DNA from: Gemmatimonadota bacterium
Lineage (GTDB): Bacteria > Gemmatimonadota > Gemmatimonadetes > Gemmatimonadales > GWC2-71-9
DNA length: 64,000 nt
Direction of reading: 5' to 3'
NCBI GenBank assembly: GCA_003223415.1
Contig: QHUY01000044.1
Location: 30,443 to 94,442 of the forward strand
Shown here: one piece after another, positions 39,727 through 48,428 of the stretch
How positions within the stretch are numbered: position 1 is the stretch's first letter
How the letters are laid out: the number at the start of each line of letters is the position of its first letter
Program-made: the position numbers and the translations under genes
Notes under the pieces: model-generated
The model's database searches: none
Seen by the model: only the letters and a program-made list of their open reading frames with translations
Told to the model about the DNA's origin: nothing

Positions 39727-40581
39727 GTGGCACTGGTGCCGTTCCAACATTCTTCGCGAGCTCCGGAAGAACGAGTTGGAACGGCACTGGTCGACGCCCA
39801 CTGTCACCTGGGGGACGGGGCGTTCGACGCGGATCGCGGCGCGGCGCTGGCGCGCGCCCGCGCGGCTGGGGTGGGCCACATCGTGGTGATCGGCACCACG
39901 GCCCAAGACAGCGCCCGCGCCCACACGCTGGCGCGTGGGACCGCCGGCTGCTCGGCTACCGCCGGCGTGCACCCGCACGAGGCGAGCGCGTGGTCGGAGG
40001 AGACGGAGCGGCGGGTGCGCGCGTTGCTGGTGGAGCCCGAGGTGGTGGCGGTGGGGGAAACCGGCCTGGACTACCATTACTACCACTCACCGCGGGACAT
40101 CCAGCGGTGGGCCTTCGAGGCGCAGCTCGCCCTCGCGGCGGAGCTGCGGAAACCGGCGGTGGTCCACGCCCGCGAGGCGGACGATGACGTCGCGGCCCTG
40201 GTGCGGGCCTGGGGCCACAAAGTGCCGGCCATCGTGCTCCATTCCTTCGCGGGGAGCCGTACGGTATTCGACGCGGGAATGAGCGTCGGTGCATATTTCT
40301 CCTTCAGTGGCATGATCACCTTCAAGAATTGGAACCCCGCGGTCCGGCCGTCCGACTGTCCGACGGACCGACTCCTCGTCGAGACCGACGCGCCCTACCT
40401 CGCGCCGGTGCCTCACCGCGGTCATCGCAACGAGCCCGCGTTCGTGCGTGAGGTCGCGGCGGCACTGGCGGGAGCTCTCCGACTCGAGCTCGACGCCCTC
40501 GGACAACGGACGACGGAAAACGCCTGCCGCGTCTTCGGTCCTCGACTGGCTCACTCGCTCCCAGAGATCTCCGCCACTTGA
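39727..40581 (+). CDS. tatD: TatD-family hydrolase (carries an in-frame MITE insertion near its N-terminus)
   Basis: DAHCHL, AGVHPH, VGETGLDY, VHAREA, LHSF, ETDAPYLAP, NEPA. Confidence 0.92.
   Translation: MALVPFQHSSRAPEERVGTALVDAHCHLGDGAFDADRGAALARARAAGVGHIVVIGTTAQDSARAHTLARGTAGCSATAGVHPHEASAWSEETERRVRALLVEPEVVAVGETGLDYHYYHSPRDIQRWAFEAQLALAAELRKPAVVHAREADDDVAALVRAWGHKVPAIVLHSFAGSRTVFDAGMSVGAYFSFSGMITFKNWNPAVRPSDCPTDRLLVETDAPYLAPVPHRGHRNEPAFVREVAAALAGALRLELDALGQRTTENACRVFGPRLAHSLPEISAT
39734..39789. mobile_element. MITE-like element, copy 2 (perfect 13-bp TIR, TG duplication)
   Basis: TG-GTGCCGTTCCAAC (39736) ... GTTGGAACGGCAC (39787)-TG; 52+2=54 nt, frame-preserving. Confidence 0.8.
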
Positions 40582-42260
40582 CGACCGCCGTGAAGGTTCC
40601 GACCGCCATCGAGATCGCCCAGGCGGCGAAGCTGCGGCCCATCGCCGACATCGCCGCCGAGCTGGGCCTGGAGGGCGACGAGATCGAGCTGTACGGCAAG
40701 TACAAGGCGAAGATCTCGCTCCGTGCTCTCGAGACGCGGCAACCGCGCGGCCGACTCGTCCTCGTCACGGGGATCAACCCGACGCCGGCAGGAGAGGGGA
40801 AGTCCACGGTGACGGTCGGGGTGACGCAGGCGCTGCGGCGGCTCGGCAAGAACGCCATTCTCGCGATCCGGGAGCCCTCGCTCGGCCCCGTATTCGGGGT
40901 GAAGGGCGGGGCGGCGGGCGGCGGCTACGCGCAGGTGCTGCCGATGGAGGACATCAACCTCCACTTCACCGGCGACTTCCACGCCATCGCGAGCGCGCAC
41001 AACCTGCTCTCGGCGATGCTGGATGCCCACGTGCACCACGGCAACGCGCTGGGGCTCGACACCCGCCGCATCACCTGGCCGCGCACGATCGACATGAACG
41101 ACCGGGCGCTGCGCAGCCTCGTCGTGGGGCTGGGGGGCATCAACAACGGGCCGGCGCGCGAGGACCGGTTCGTCATCATTCCGGGCTCCGAGGTGATGGC
41201 GATCATGGCCCTCGCCACGGGGCTCGCGGACCTGGAGCAACGGTTGGCACGGATCATCGTCGGCCTGCGCGCCGACAAGACCGCCGTGCGCGCCAGCGAC
41301 TTGAAGGCCCAGGGCGCGATGACACTGCTCCTCAAGGACGCCCTGCAGCCCAACCTGGTGCAGACGCTGGAGGGTGGACCGGCGCTGGTGCACTGCGGGC
41401 CGTTCGGCAACATCGCCCACGGCTGCAACTCGGTGGCGGCGACCCGGATGGGCCTCGCGCTCGCCGACCTCGTGCTCACCGAGGCCGGCTTCGGCGCGGA
41501 CCTCGGCGCCGAGAAGTTCTTCGACATCAAGTGCCGCATGGCGGGCCTGAACCCGGAGGCGGCGATCCTGGTCGCCACCGTGCGGGCGCTCAAGATGCAC
41601 GGCGGAGTGAGGAAGGAGCAGTTGAGCGCGGCTGACCCCGGCGCGGTGCGCCGGGGATGCGAGAACCTGACCCGCCACATCCGCAACGTGAAGAAGTTCG
41701 GCGTGCCATGCCTCGTCGCGCTGAACCGGTTCCTCTCCGACACGGACGACGAGATCGCAGCGGTGAACGCCGCCTGCGCCGCCGAGGGCGTCGACGCGGT
41801 GCGGTGCGAAGTGTGGGAAAAGGGTGGGGAAGGCGGGCTGGCGGTTGCCGAAGCGCTCCTCAAGCTGCTGGGCGGCCGGAAGGCCGCGTTCAAGCCGCTG
41901 TACGACGAGAGGAAGCCGATCAAGGAGAAGATCGAGACGATCGCCCGCGAGATCTATGGGGCGGACGGCGTGGCTTTCTCGCCGGCCGCCGAGCGCGCGC
42001 TCGAGCTGATGCCCAAGCTCGGCTTGGGTGAGACGCCGGTGTGCATGGCCAAGACGCAATACTCGTTCTCGGACGATGCGAGCAAGCTGGGGGCGCCGAG
42101 CGGGTTCACCCTGCACGTCCGTGAGATCCTCCCTTCGGCGGGCGCCGGGTTCGTGGTGGCGCTGGCGGGAGACATCCTGACCATGCCGGGACTGGGCAAG
42201 AGCCCGGCGGCGGAAAGGATCCGCATTCATCCCGACGGCACCATTGAGGGCCTGTTCTGA
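40578..42260 (+). CDS. fhs: Formate--tetrahydrofolate ligase
   Basis: TPAGEGKST, REPSLGP.FG.KGGAAGGG, NLHFTGDFHAI, GPFGNIAHG, EAGFGADLG, MAKTQYS, TMPGL. Confidence 0.97.
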   Translation: MTTAVKVPTAIEIAQAAKLRPIADIAAELGLEGDEIELYGKYKAKISLRALETRQPRGRLVLVTGINPTPAGEGKSTVTVGVTQALRRLGKNAILAIREPSLGPVFGVKGGAAGGGYAQVLPMEDINLHFTGDFHAIASAHNLLSAMLDAHVHHGNALGLDTRRITWPRTIDMNDRALRSLVVGLGGINNGPAREDRFVIIPGSEVMAIMALATGLADLEQRLARIIVGLRADKTAVRASDLKAQGAMTLLLKDALQPNLVQTLEGGPALVHCGPFGNIAHGCNSVAATRMGLALADLVLTEAGFGADLGAEKFFDIKCRMAGLNPEAAILVATVRALKMHGGVRKEQLSAADPGAVRRGCENLTRHIRNVKKFGVPCLVALNRFLSDTDDEIAAVNAACAAEGVDAVRCEVWEKGGEGGLAVAEALLKLLGGRKAAFKPLYDERKPIKEKIETIAREIYGADGVAFSPAAERALELMPKLGLGETPVCMAKTQYSFSDDASKLGAPSGFTLHVREILPSAGAGFVVALAGDILTMPGLGKSPAAERIRIHPDGTIEGLF

Positions 42261-42655
42261 TGCGTAGGACGAAAGGGCTGGGCATTGTGGCGACCGACGC
42301 CGCACCCAAGGCGATCGGACCCTACAGCCAGGCCGTGACCACCGACGGGATGGTCTACACGGCGGGCCAGGTGCCGCTCGACCCCAAGACCGGCGAGCTG
42401 GTCGGCAAGACGGCGGCCGAGCAGACCGAGCAGGTGTTCCGGAACCTGGAAGCCGTGCTGGCGGCCGCCGGCTCCTCCCTCGCCAACGTGGTGAAGACCA
42501 CCGTCTATCTGACCGACATGGCCGATTTCGCGGCGATGAACGAGGTGTACGCGAAGCATTTCGGGACGCACAAGCCCGCGCGCTCGACGGTGCAGGCGGC
42601 AGGGCTGCCGCGGTCGGCACGGGTGGAGATCGAGGTCATTGCGGTGAAGGGGTAG
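42260..42655 (+). CDS. ridA: RidA family enamine/imine deaminase
   Basis: APKAIGPYSQA, GQVPLDP, VKTTVYL, MNEVY, PARS, VEIE. Confidence 0.9.
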   Translation: MRRTKGLGIVATDAAPKAIGPYSQAVTTDGMVYTAGQVPLDPKTGELVGKTAAEQTEQVFRNLEAVLAAAGSSLANVVKTTVYLTDMADFAAMNEVYAKHFGTHKPARSTVQAAGLPRSARVEIEVIAVKG

Positions 42656-42662
42656 AGAAACG

Positions 42663-45017
42663 CTGACGGCGGAGTCCCCCTCTCCCTTCACTCCGCGGTG
42701 GCCGACGCGCACCGCGCTGGTCCCCCTGTGCTTCTGGATTCTCCTCTTATCGCTGCCGATGTGGACGGGCCAGTACCTTGCCGGTCCGTGGAGCGACCAG
42801 TTCTCGACAGGGTGGGCGATTCGCCACTGGGGTGCGGAGCAGTGGCGGGCCACCGGCCACCTCCCGCTCTGGAACCCCGAGATGCTGGGCGGCGTCCCGG
42901 TGGCCGCCGGCTTCGGGGACCTGTTCTACCCGACCGCCTGGCTCCGGCTCGTGTTGCCGACCACCATCAGCATCGACCTGGCGTTCGTGGGGCACTACCT
43001 CCTGGCGGGCCTGTGCCTCTATCTGCTCCTGCGCCTGCTGGGCACGAGCTGGCTCGGATCAGTGGTCGGCGCCACCGCCTATCAGCTGAGCGGCGTGGTG
43101 ATCTCGTATGTCAGCCCAGGCCACGACGGCCAGCTGTTCGTGGCCGCCCTCTTCCCGGTGATGCTGATCGGCCTGGTGCTCGGCATCCGCCGCCGGCAGC
43201 TCGAAGGACATGCGCTGCTCGGCCTCGCCGTCGGCCTCGCGCTGCTCAGCCCCCATTACCAGGTGACGCAGTACGCGCTCATCGCCGCGGGACTCTTCGC
43301 GCTCTATCTCACGGTTGGTGAGCCCGAGGGACTGACGCCCGCTCAGCGCTGGCGGGGCCTCGGGCTCGCCCTGGCGGGTGTCCTGCTCGGGTTCGGCGTC
43401 TCCCAGATCCAGCTGCTCCCGTTCCTGCACTACATGCCGTTTTCCCCCCGCGCCGGTGTGACGGGCTTCGCGTGGTCGCAGTCGTATGCCATGCCCTGGA
43501 TCCACGTCCCGGAGCTTTTTCTGTCCGGGTTCATGGGCTCAACACCGGACGGCACCTACTGGGGTCCGAATGACCTCAAGCTTCAGAGCGCGTATCTGGG
43601 ACTGCCGGTCGCGGCGCTGGCGATGCTCGGCGCGGCCGGCCCGCGGCGACGCTTGGTGACGTGGATGCTGGGGATCGGCGCCCTGTTCCTGCTCGTCGCC
43701 CTGGGCAGCGGCACGCCGTTCTACCGCTTCTGGTGGGCCGTCGTCCCCTACGTGAACAAGACCCGCGCGCCCGAGATCGCCCTGTACCTCGTGGCGTTCG
43801 TGACTTCCGTGCTGGCCGCGTTCGGGGTGGAAGGGCTGGAAAGGAGGGAAGGGAGCCGCTGGGCCATCGCAGGATTGATCACGGGCGGGCTCTGCGCCCT
43901 GCTCGCGCTCGTCGGCACATTCGGGACGATCGCCGTTTCCTATGCACAGGCGCGCCAGGAGGACATGGGCGCGGAGCTCGTGCGCGCAGCCACTGCGGCG
44001 CAGCCAGCTATCCTGTGGGGCGCATTCGCCAGCGGGGTGGCGCTGATGGTCGTGGCCGGTATCGCGCTGCTGTTCCAGCGCGGGAGACTCACCGCGCCAG
44101 TGTTCGCCGTGGCGCTGGTGCTCCTCGTCGGCGCCGACCTGTGGCGTGCCGGTCGCGGGTTCTGGCACTGGAGCCGTCCGGAATCGCAGCAGACGGCTGT
44201 CGACGAACTCATTCGGCGACTCACGCTGGCCCCTCTGCCGCTGCGCGTGTGTGCCTACGCCGGCGTCTATCCCGGCGACGCGCTAATGGCCCACAGCATC
44301 CCGGAGGTGGGCGGCTACCACGGCAACGAGCTTCAGGCTTACGACGATCTCCTCGGCGGGGAGAGCGAGCGCCAAGACCTCCGCCGAACCTCTAGGCTCT
44401 GGAAGCTTCTGGCCGTCCGCTACGTGATCACTCCGGACACGGTTCGGATTCCCGGCTTTCACGAAGTGCTGGGGCCCGTCCGCACGGGGATGGGAAAGCA
44501 GGTGGACCTGTATGAAGCCGATTCGGCTCCGCCGTACGCGCGCGTCGTTCCGGCCGCGGTCAAAGCGGATCCCAGCCAGATCGTTCCGACCCTGCTCGAC
44601 CCAGGAACGGACTACGACAGGTTGATCCTGTTGACACCGGATCAGCCGCTGGCTCTTGCTCCGCTCCCCTTCCCGGAGATTCCACGCCCCAGTGCGTCAC
44701 ACGCCACGGTCACGCAGTGGGCTCCTGGTCGGATGAGCATCCGCCTGAGTCCCGCCCCCACAAGCCCGAGTTATCTGCTGGTGAGCGAGAACTGGTACAA
44801 GGACTGGCGTGCGACGGTGGACGGCGACACCGCCGCCGTGCTGCGCGGGGACCAGTCGCTGATCACCGTGCCGGTAGGCACTGGAGCCCGAACCGTGGAG
44901 TTGGCCTTTGAGCCACAGGACTATCGGACGGGGAAGCGCGTCACGCTGGGCTCACTGATCGTGCTGGTGGGGATGGGCGCCGCCCCGCGCGCGCTGCGCC
45001 GGTGGAGGCGCGGCTGA
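42663..45017 (+). CDS. YfhO-like multi-pass membrane protein (GT-C-like glycosyltransferase)
   Basis: GHLPLWNP..GG.P, many TMs, C-terminal SENWY..WRATVDG..V.L.F; frame open upstream of ATG 42759 so start inferred at CTG 42663. Confidence 0.75.
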   Translation: MTAESPSPFTPRWPTRTALVPLCFWILLLSLPMWTGQYLAGPWSDQFSTGWAIRHWGAEQWRATGHLPLWNPEMLGGVPVAAGFGDLFYPTAWLRLVLPTTISIDLAFVGHYLLAGLCLYLLLRLLGTSWLGSVVGATAYQLSGVVISYVSPGHDGQLFVAALFPVMLIGLVLGIRRRQLEGHALLGLAVGLALLSPHYQVTQYALIAAGLFALYLTVGEPEGLTPAQRWRGLGLALAGVLLGFGVSQIQLLPFLHYMPFSPRAGVTGFAWSQSYAMPWIHVPELFLSGFMGSTPDGTYWGPNDLKLQSAYLGLPVAALAMLGAAGPRRRLVTWMLGIGALFLLVALGSGTPFYRFWWAVVPYVNKTRAPEIALYLVAFVTSVLAAFGVEGLERREGSRWAIAGLITGGLCALLALVGTFGTIAVSYAQARQEDMGAELVRAATAAQPAILWGAFASGVALMVVAGIALLFQRGRLTAPVFAVALVLLVGADLWRAGRGFWHWSRPESQQTAVDELIRRLTLAPLPLRVCAYAGVYPGDALMAHSIPEVGGYHGNELQAYDDLLGGESERQDLRRTSRLWKLLAVRYVITPDTVRIPGFHEVLGPVRTGMGKQVDLYEADSAPPYARVVPAAVKADPSQIVPTLLDPGTDYDRLILLTPDQPLALAPLPFPEIPRPSASHATVTQWAPGRMSIRLSPAPTSPSYLLVSENWYKDWRATVDGDTAAVLRGDQSLITVPVGTGARTVELAFEPQDYRTGKRVTLGSLIVLVGMGAAPRALRRWRRG

Positions 45018-45081
45018 ACCGCGCCTGGCGCCACGCGGTGCGGGAATCGATCTTTCAGGTGCACTCACCCGGAGCCCCGTG

Positions 45082-45255
45082 ATGTCCAAGAGCGATGATC
45101 GAAAGCTGGCCGCCCTCGTCAAGAAGAACGCCGCTAAAGTCGCCAAGGCCAAGCAGCCGAAGCGACGGAAGTATGATAGCACGCTAGCACCCGAGGTCGA
45201 AGAAGACCTCGAGCGCCGGAAATTCTTTTCGGAGATGAAGAAGCGGGAGTTCTAG
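45082..45255 (+). CDS. Small basic hypothetical protein (57 aa, below ORF-track cutoff)
   Basis: MSKSDDRKLAALVKKNAAKVAKAKQPKRRKYDSTLAPEVEEDLERRKFFSEMKKREF; GGAG SD; coding-like codon bias. Confidence 0.6.
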   Translation: MSKSDDRKLAALVKKNAAKVAKAKQPKRRKYDSTLAPEVEEDLERRKFFSEMKKREF

Positions 45256-45264
45256 GAACTCTAC

Positions 45265-45358
45265 GGGGGCGGATCGGGCCTGGTGGCCTGACTGGTCTTC
45301 AAAACCAGCTGGGGTCCGCATGGACCTCGGTAGGTTCGATTCCTACACGCTCCCGCCA
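45265..45358 (+). tRNA. selC: tRNA-Sec (anticodon UCA)
   Basis: 8-position acceptor, 6-bp D-stem CGGGCC/GGCCTG with 4-nt loop, anticodon arm CTGGT-CTTCAAA-ACCAG, long variable arm, GTAGG-TTCGATT-CCTAC, G discriminator plus CCA. Confidence 0.95.
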
Positions 45359-45366
45359 CCCCTCGA

Positions 45367-45936
45367 TCAGTCGGGGGCTCTACTGCCGTAGGCGATCATC
45401 AGCACCGCCACCGCGAGCACCGGAGCGGCGACGCCGGTGATCGCGCCAGGTAGACCACCCAGTCGTCCTCCCACGAACACGTGGTCACCTTGCACTTGCA
45501 CCGTGGCGGCGACCAGGCCGTGGAAGTCCAGCGCCACCTCCCCTGAGAAACGGCGTGCCGCGCTACCGGACAAGATGATGCCAGGGGCAACATCGAGGCT
45601 GAGACCCTGACTCAGCCACCTCCGGAGCCTCAGCCGCACACCAGGTCCGGAGCCGAAATCAGAGGCATTGACGAACACAGTTGCGCCCAGCGCGGAGCGT
45701 TCGCCCAGGTTCTTCATTCCTCCGAGCTCCCAGGTGAAGAGCGGACCTGCTGGGTGGAACTCGCTCCGGGACAGGCCGACGCCCACTCCGAACTCGGTGA
45801 TCAAGTACGCGCTGCACGTGGGCAGTGGCCGAGGCCTGAAACACAGGCGCGTGGGCGCTTGGGCCGCGAGCCTCGCGCCGATGAGCATGAGTGCGCTGCA
45901 AAGCGTGATGCCGAGACTCAGCCTCTGCCGATTCAT
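45367..45936 (-). CDS. Secreted hypothetical protein, possible small beta-barrel
   Basis: Signal peptide, Cys pair C..RPRPLPTC, amphipathic strands, hydrophobic C-terminus; less GC3-biased. Confidence 0.6.
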   Translation of the reverse strand: MNRQRLSLGITLCSALMLIGARLAAQAPTRLCFRPRPLPTCSAYLITEFGVGVGLSRSEFHPAGPLFTWELGGMKNLGERSALGATVFVNASDFGSGPGVRLRLRRWLSQGLSLDVAPGIILSGSAARRFSGEVALDFHGLVAATVQVQGDHVFVGGRLGGLPGAITGVAAPVLAVAVLMIAYGSRAPD

Positions 45937-46039
45937 GTCGCCCCCACTTTCTCTGTTTCGACATAATCTCGGCGGGCACTCTCAAGCGGCTTTCAAGAAG
46001 ACTCGCGCCGAACCACGAGGAAGCCCCTAGATTAGCCCG

Positions 46040-47084
46040 ATGGTCGAGATCCCCGTCGCCGGCGCCGGGCCCGCCGGGCTTGCCGCCGCGCTCACCCTCG
46101 CGCGCGCGGGTGCGCGGCCCGTTGTCTACGAGCGCCGCCAGGAGGTCGGCGCCCGCCACCACGGCGACTTCCAGGGACTCGAGAATTATTCGACCCGCGG
46201 GGACGTGCTCGACGAGCTGGCCGCCATCGGCATCGCCGCCGAGTTCGACTGCCATCCTGTCGCCGAGGCGATCCTCTACGGCCCCGACGGCCACGCGTGG
46301 CGCTACCGGGCGAGCACGCCCCTACATGGTGCGCCGCGGCGTCGAGTCGGGTTCCCTCGACCAAGGTCTGAAGCGCCAGGTGCTCGCCCACGACATCGAG
46401 CTGCGCTTCGGCACCGCCCTCCCCGAGGCGGCCTCTGGAATCCGGGCCACGGGGCCACGCGGGTCCTACGCCATCGTCGTGGGCTACGTCTTTCGGACCA
46501 CGCTCCCCGACGCGTTGGTCGGCGTCCTGTCCGACCGCCTCGCCCCCAAGGGTTACGCCTATCTCGTGACCGCCGGCGGCCGGGCGACGCTGGCGTGCTG
46601 TATCTTCGCCGACTGCGCCAATTACCGCGGGTACTTGGACCGCACGGTCTCATTCTTTCAAGCACGCACCGGCATCGACCTGGCCGGCGCGCAGCGGTTC
46701 GGGGGCACGGGCAACGTCCGGCTTCCCGCCACCGCGCGCCGCAACGGGGGAGGGACGCTGCTCGCGGGGGAGGCGGCAGGCTTCCAGGATGCGCTGTGGG
46801 GGTTCGGGCTGCGCTACGCGATGGTCTCTGGACACCTGGCTGCCCGCGCCCTCCTCGAGCGCGACCCGGGGTCGTACGACCGTCGCTGGCGCGCGCGGTT
46901 CGGCGGGCTGATGCGGGCGTCGCTGGTCAACCGCTACTTCTTCGCCCGGCTTGGCGACCGCGGCTACGACGCCTTCCTGCGCCACCTCGGCGCCGCGGAG
47001 GACGCCCGAGAATGGCTGCGGCGCCACTATGCGCCGTCGGTGTGGAAGGACCTCTGGTATCTGTTGCTGCGCCGTGCAGATTAG
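46040..47084 (+). pseudogene. FAD-dependent oxidoreductase, geranylgeranyl-reductase-like, frameshifted near 46320
   Basis: N-half VAGAGPAGLAAA...VYERR in one frame; C-half YMVRRG..LD...LAGEAAGFQD..WGFG..AM.SG in the +1 frame. Confidence 0.75.
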
Positions 47085-47144
47085 ACGGCCTCTTGGCGCC
47101 TTGGCGTCTTGATATTACCGCACGCGGGAGATGGGCTGGCACTC

Positions 47145-47504
47145 ATGGCTGGACGACTGTGGGGACGGTTGCAGACCGACTTGGACATCAAGTTGCGCCG
47201 CGGCGCGTGGTACAAAGTCCTGAAGGTCGAGGGGCTGCAAGCGACCGTCGAAGTGAACCTGCGGCCCTACACCATCCTCAAGGCGCTGCTCGAAATCAGC
47301 GCCAAGCCGCCGGTGCGCTGGACCGTGGTGCCGGTCCCCCAGCACGTGAAGCACGCGCCCGCCAAACCCGGCGAGAGCTACGGGGTCTGCCCGAGCTGCA
47401 CCCAGCGCGCCGCGCTACCGCGCCGGGCGGAGCGACACACCTGCCCGCGATGCCGGCGCGACTATGCTGTCGCCTGGGATGAGAGATACCTGGGCATAGC
47501 CTGA
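47145..47504 (+). CDS. Small protein with C-terminal zinc ribbon
   Basis: CPSC-x14-CPRC; N-terminal LRRGAWY segment. Confidence 0.7.
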   Translation: MAGRLWGRLQTDLDIKLRRGAWYKVLKVEGLQATVEVNLRPYTILKALLEISAKPPVRWTVVPVPQHVKHAPAKPGESYGVCPSCTQRAALPRRAERHTCPRCRRDYAVAWDERYLGIA

Positions 47505-47534
47505 GCGCGGGTCCGATCTTCGGGGGGGGGGCTC

Positions 47535-48428
47535 CTGATCCACGCCCAGATTATCCTCAACCCTGCCGCCGGCCGCGGCGCCGGACGCAGGGCCAAGGAT
47601 ACGGTCGCGCGGGAGTTCCGCCAGCAGGGGTGGACGGTCGAGCTCGCTGAGACCAACGGCCCATTTCACGGCGCGCAGCTCGCGGCCGAGGCGGCCGAGC
47701 GCGGGGTGCAGCGGGTGATCGCGGTCGGCGGCGATGGCACCGTGCACGACGTTGCCAATGGGTTGCTGCGGGTGGGCGGCGGCACCGCGCTCGGCGTCGT
47801 CCCGATCGGCTCCGGAAACGACTTCGCCAAGCTGACCGGCACCTACCGCCACAGCATCGCGCGGGCGGTGGCCCGGCTCGTCACCGCGCGCAGCCGCATC
47901 TTCGACGCCGGCGAGGCGCTGGGTGAGCACTTCGTGAACTCCCTGGGGTTCGGGTTCGGGCCCGCCGTCGTACAGCTGCGCAACCGGATGCCGGGCCTGA
48001 GGGGCTTCCTGTCCTACCTCGTGCCCGTCGTCCGAGCGTTCGCGCGCTTTCAGCCGCCGCGCCTCGAGGTGCGCTCGGCCGAGTGGACCGAAACCGGGTA
48101 CATGATGATGGTGGAGGTGTGCAACGGGACGACCGCCGGCGGCGACTATCGGTTCGCCCCCGCCGCCAGCCCGGCTGACGGGCGGCTCGACGCCTGCCTG
48201 ATCCGCCGGGTGTCGCTGCCGCGGTTTCTGTTGGCGCTGCCGCGCGTAATGCGGGGCACGCATACGAACATGCGGGAAGTGGCGCTGTTCCAGACCCGCC
48301 GGCTGACGATCCGCTGTGCCGAGGCGCCGCTGCTCCTGCACTTGGACGGCGAGCTGCGAGACTCCGGCGTGCACGAGGTGACGGTGAGAGTACGGGCGAA
48401 ATGCCTGAACGTGCTGGTGGCGCAGTGA
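47535..48428 (+). CDS. Diacylglycerol/lipid kinase family protein
   Basis: IILNPAAGRG upstream of the track start, GGDGTVHDVANG, PIGSGNDFA, DGRLD, HLDGE; CTG start inferred. Confidence 0.88.
   Translation: MIHAQIILNPAAGRGAGRRAKDTVAREFRQQGWTVELAETNGPFHGAQLAAEAAERGVQRVIAVGGDGTVHDVANGLLRVGGGTALGVVPIGSGNDFAKLTGTYRHSIARAVARLVTARSRIFDAGEALGEHFVNSLGFGFGPAVVQLRNRMPGLRGFLSYLVPVVRAFARFQPPRLEVRSAEWTETGYMMMVEVCNGTTAGGDYRFAPAASPADGRLDACLIRRVSLPRFLLALPRVMRGTHTNMREVALFQTRRLTIRCAEAPLLLHLDGELRDSGVHEVTVRVRAKCLNVLVAQ

Noticed and set aside
45265-45358. G-A mismatch at the 8th acceptor position as a novel tRNA architecture
   Set aside because: The tRNA is otherwise canonical 8/5 tRNA-Sec, and I recall similar mismatches in other bacterial selC genes, so this is not enough to claim novelty
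45358-47504. Prophage or integrative element at selC
   Set aside because: No integrase, phage genes or att duplication are visible
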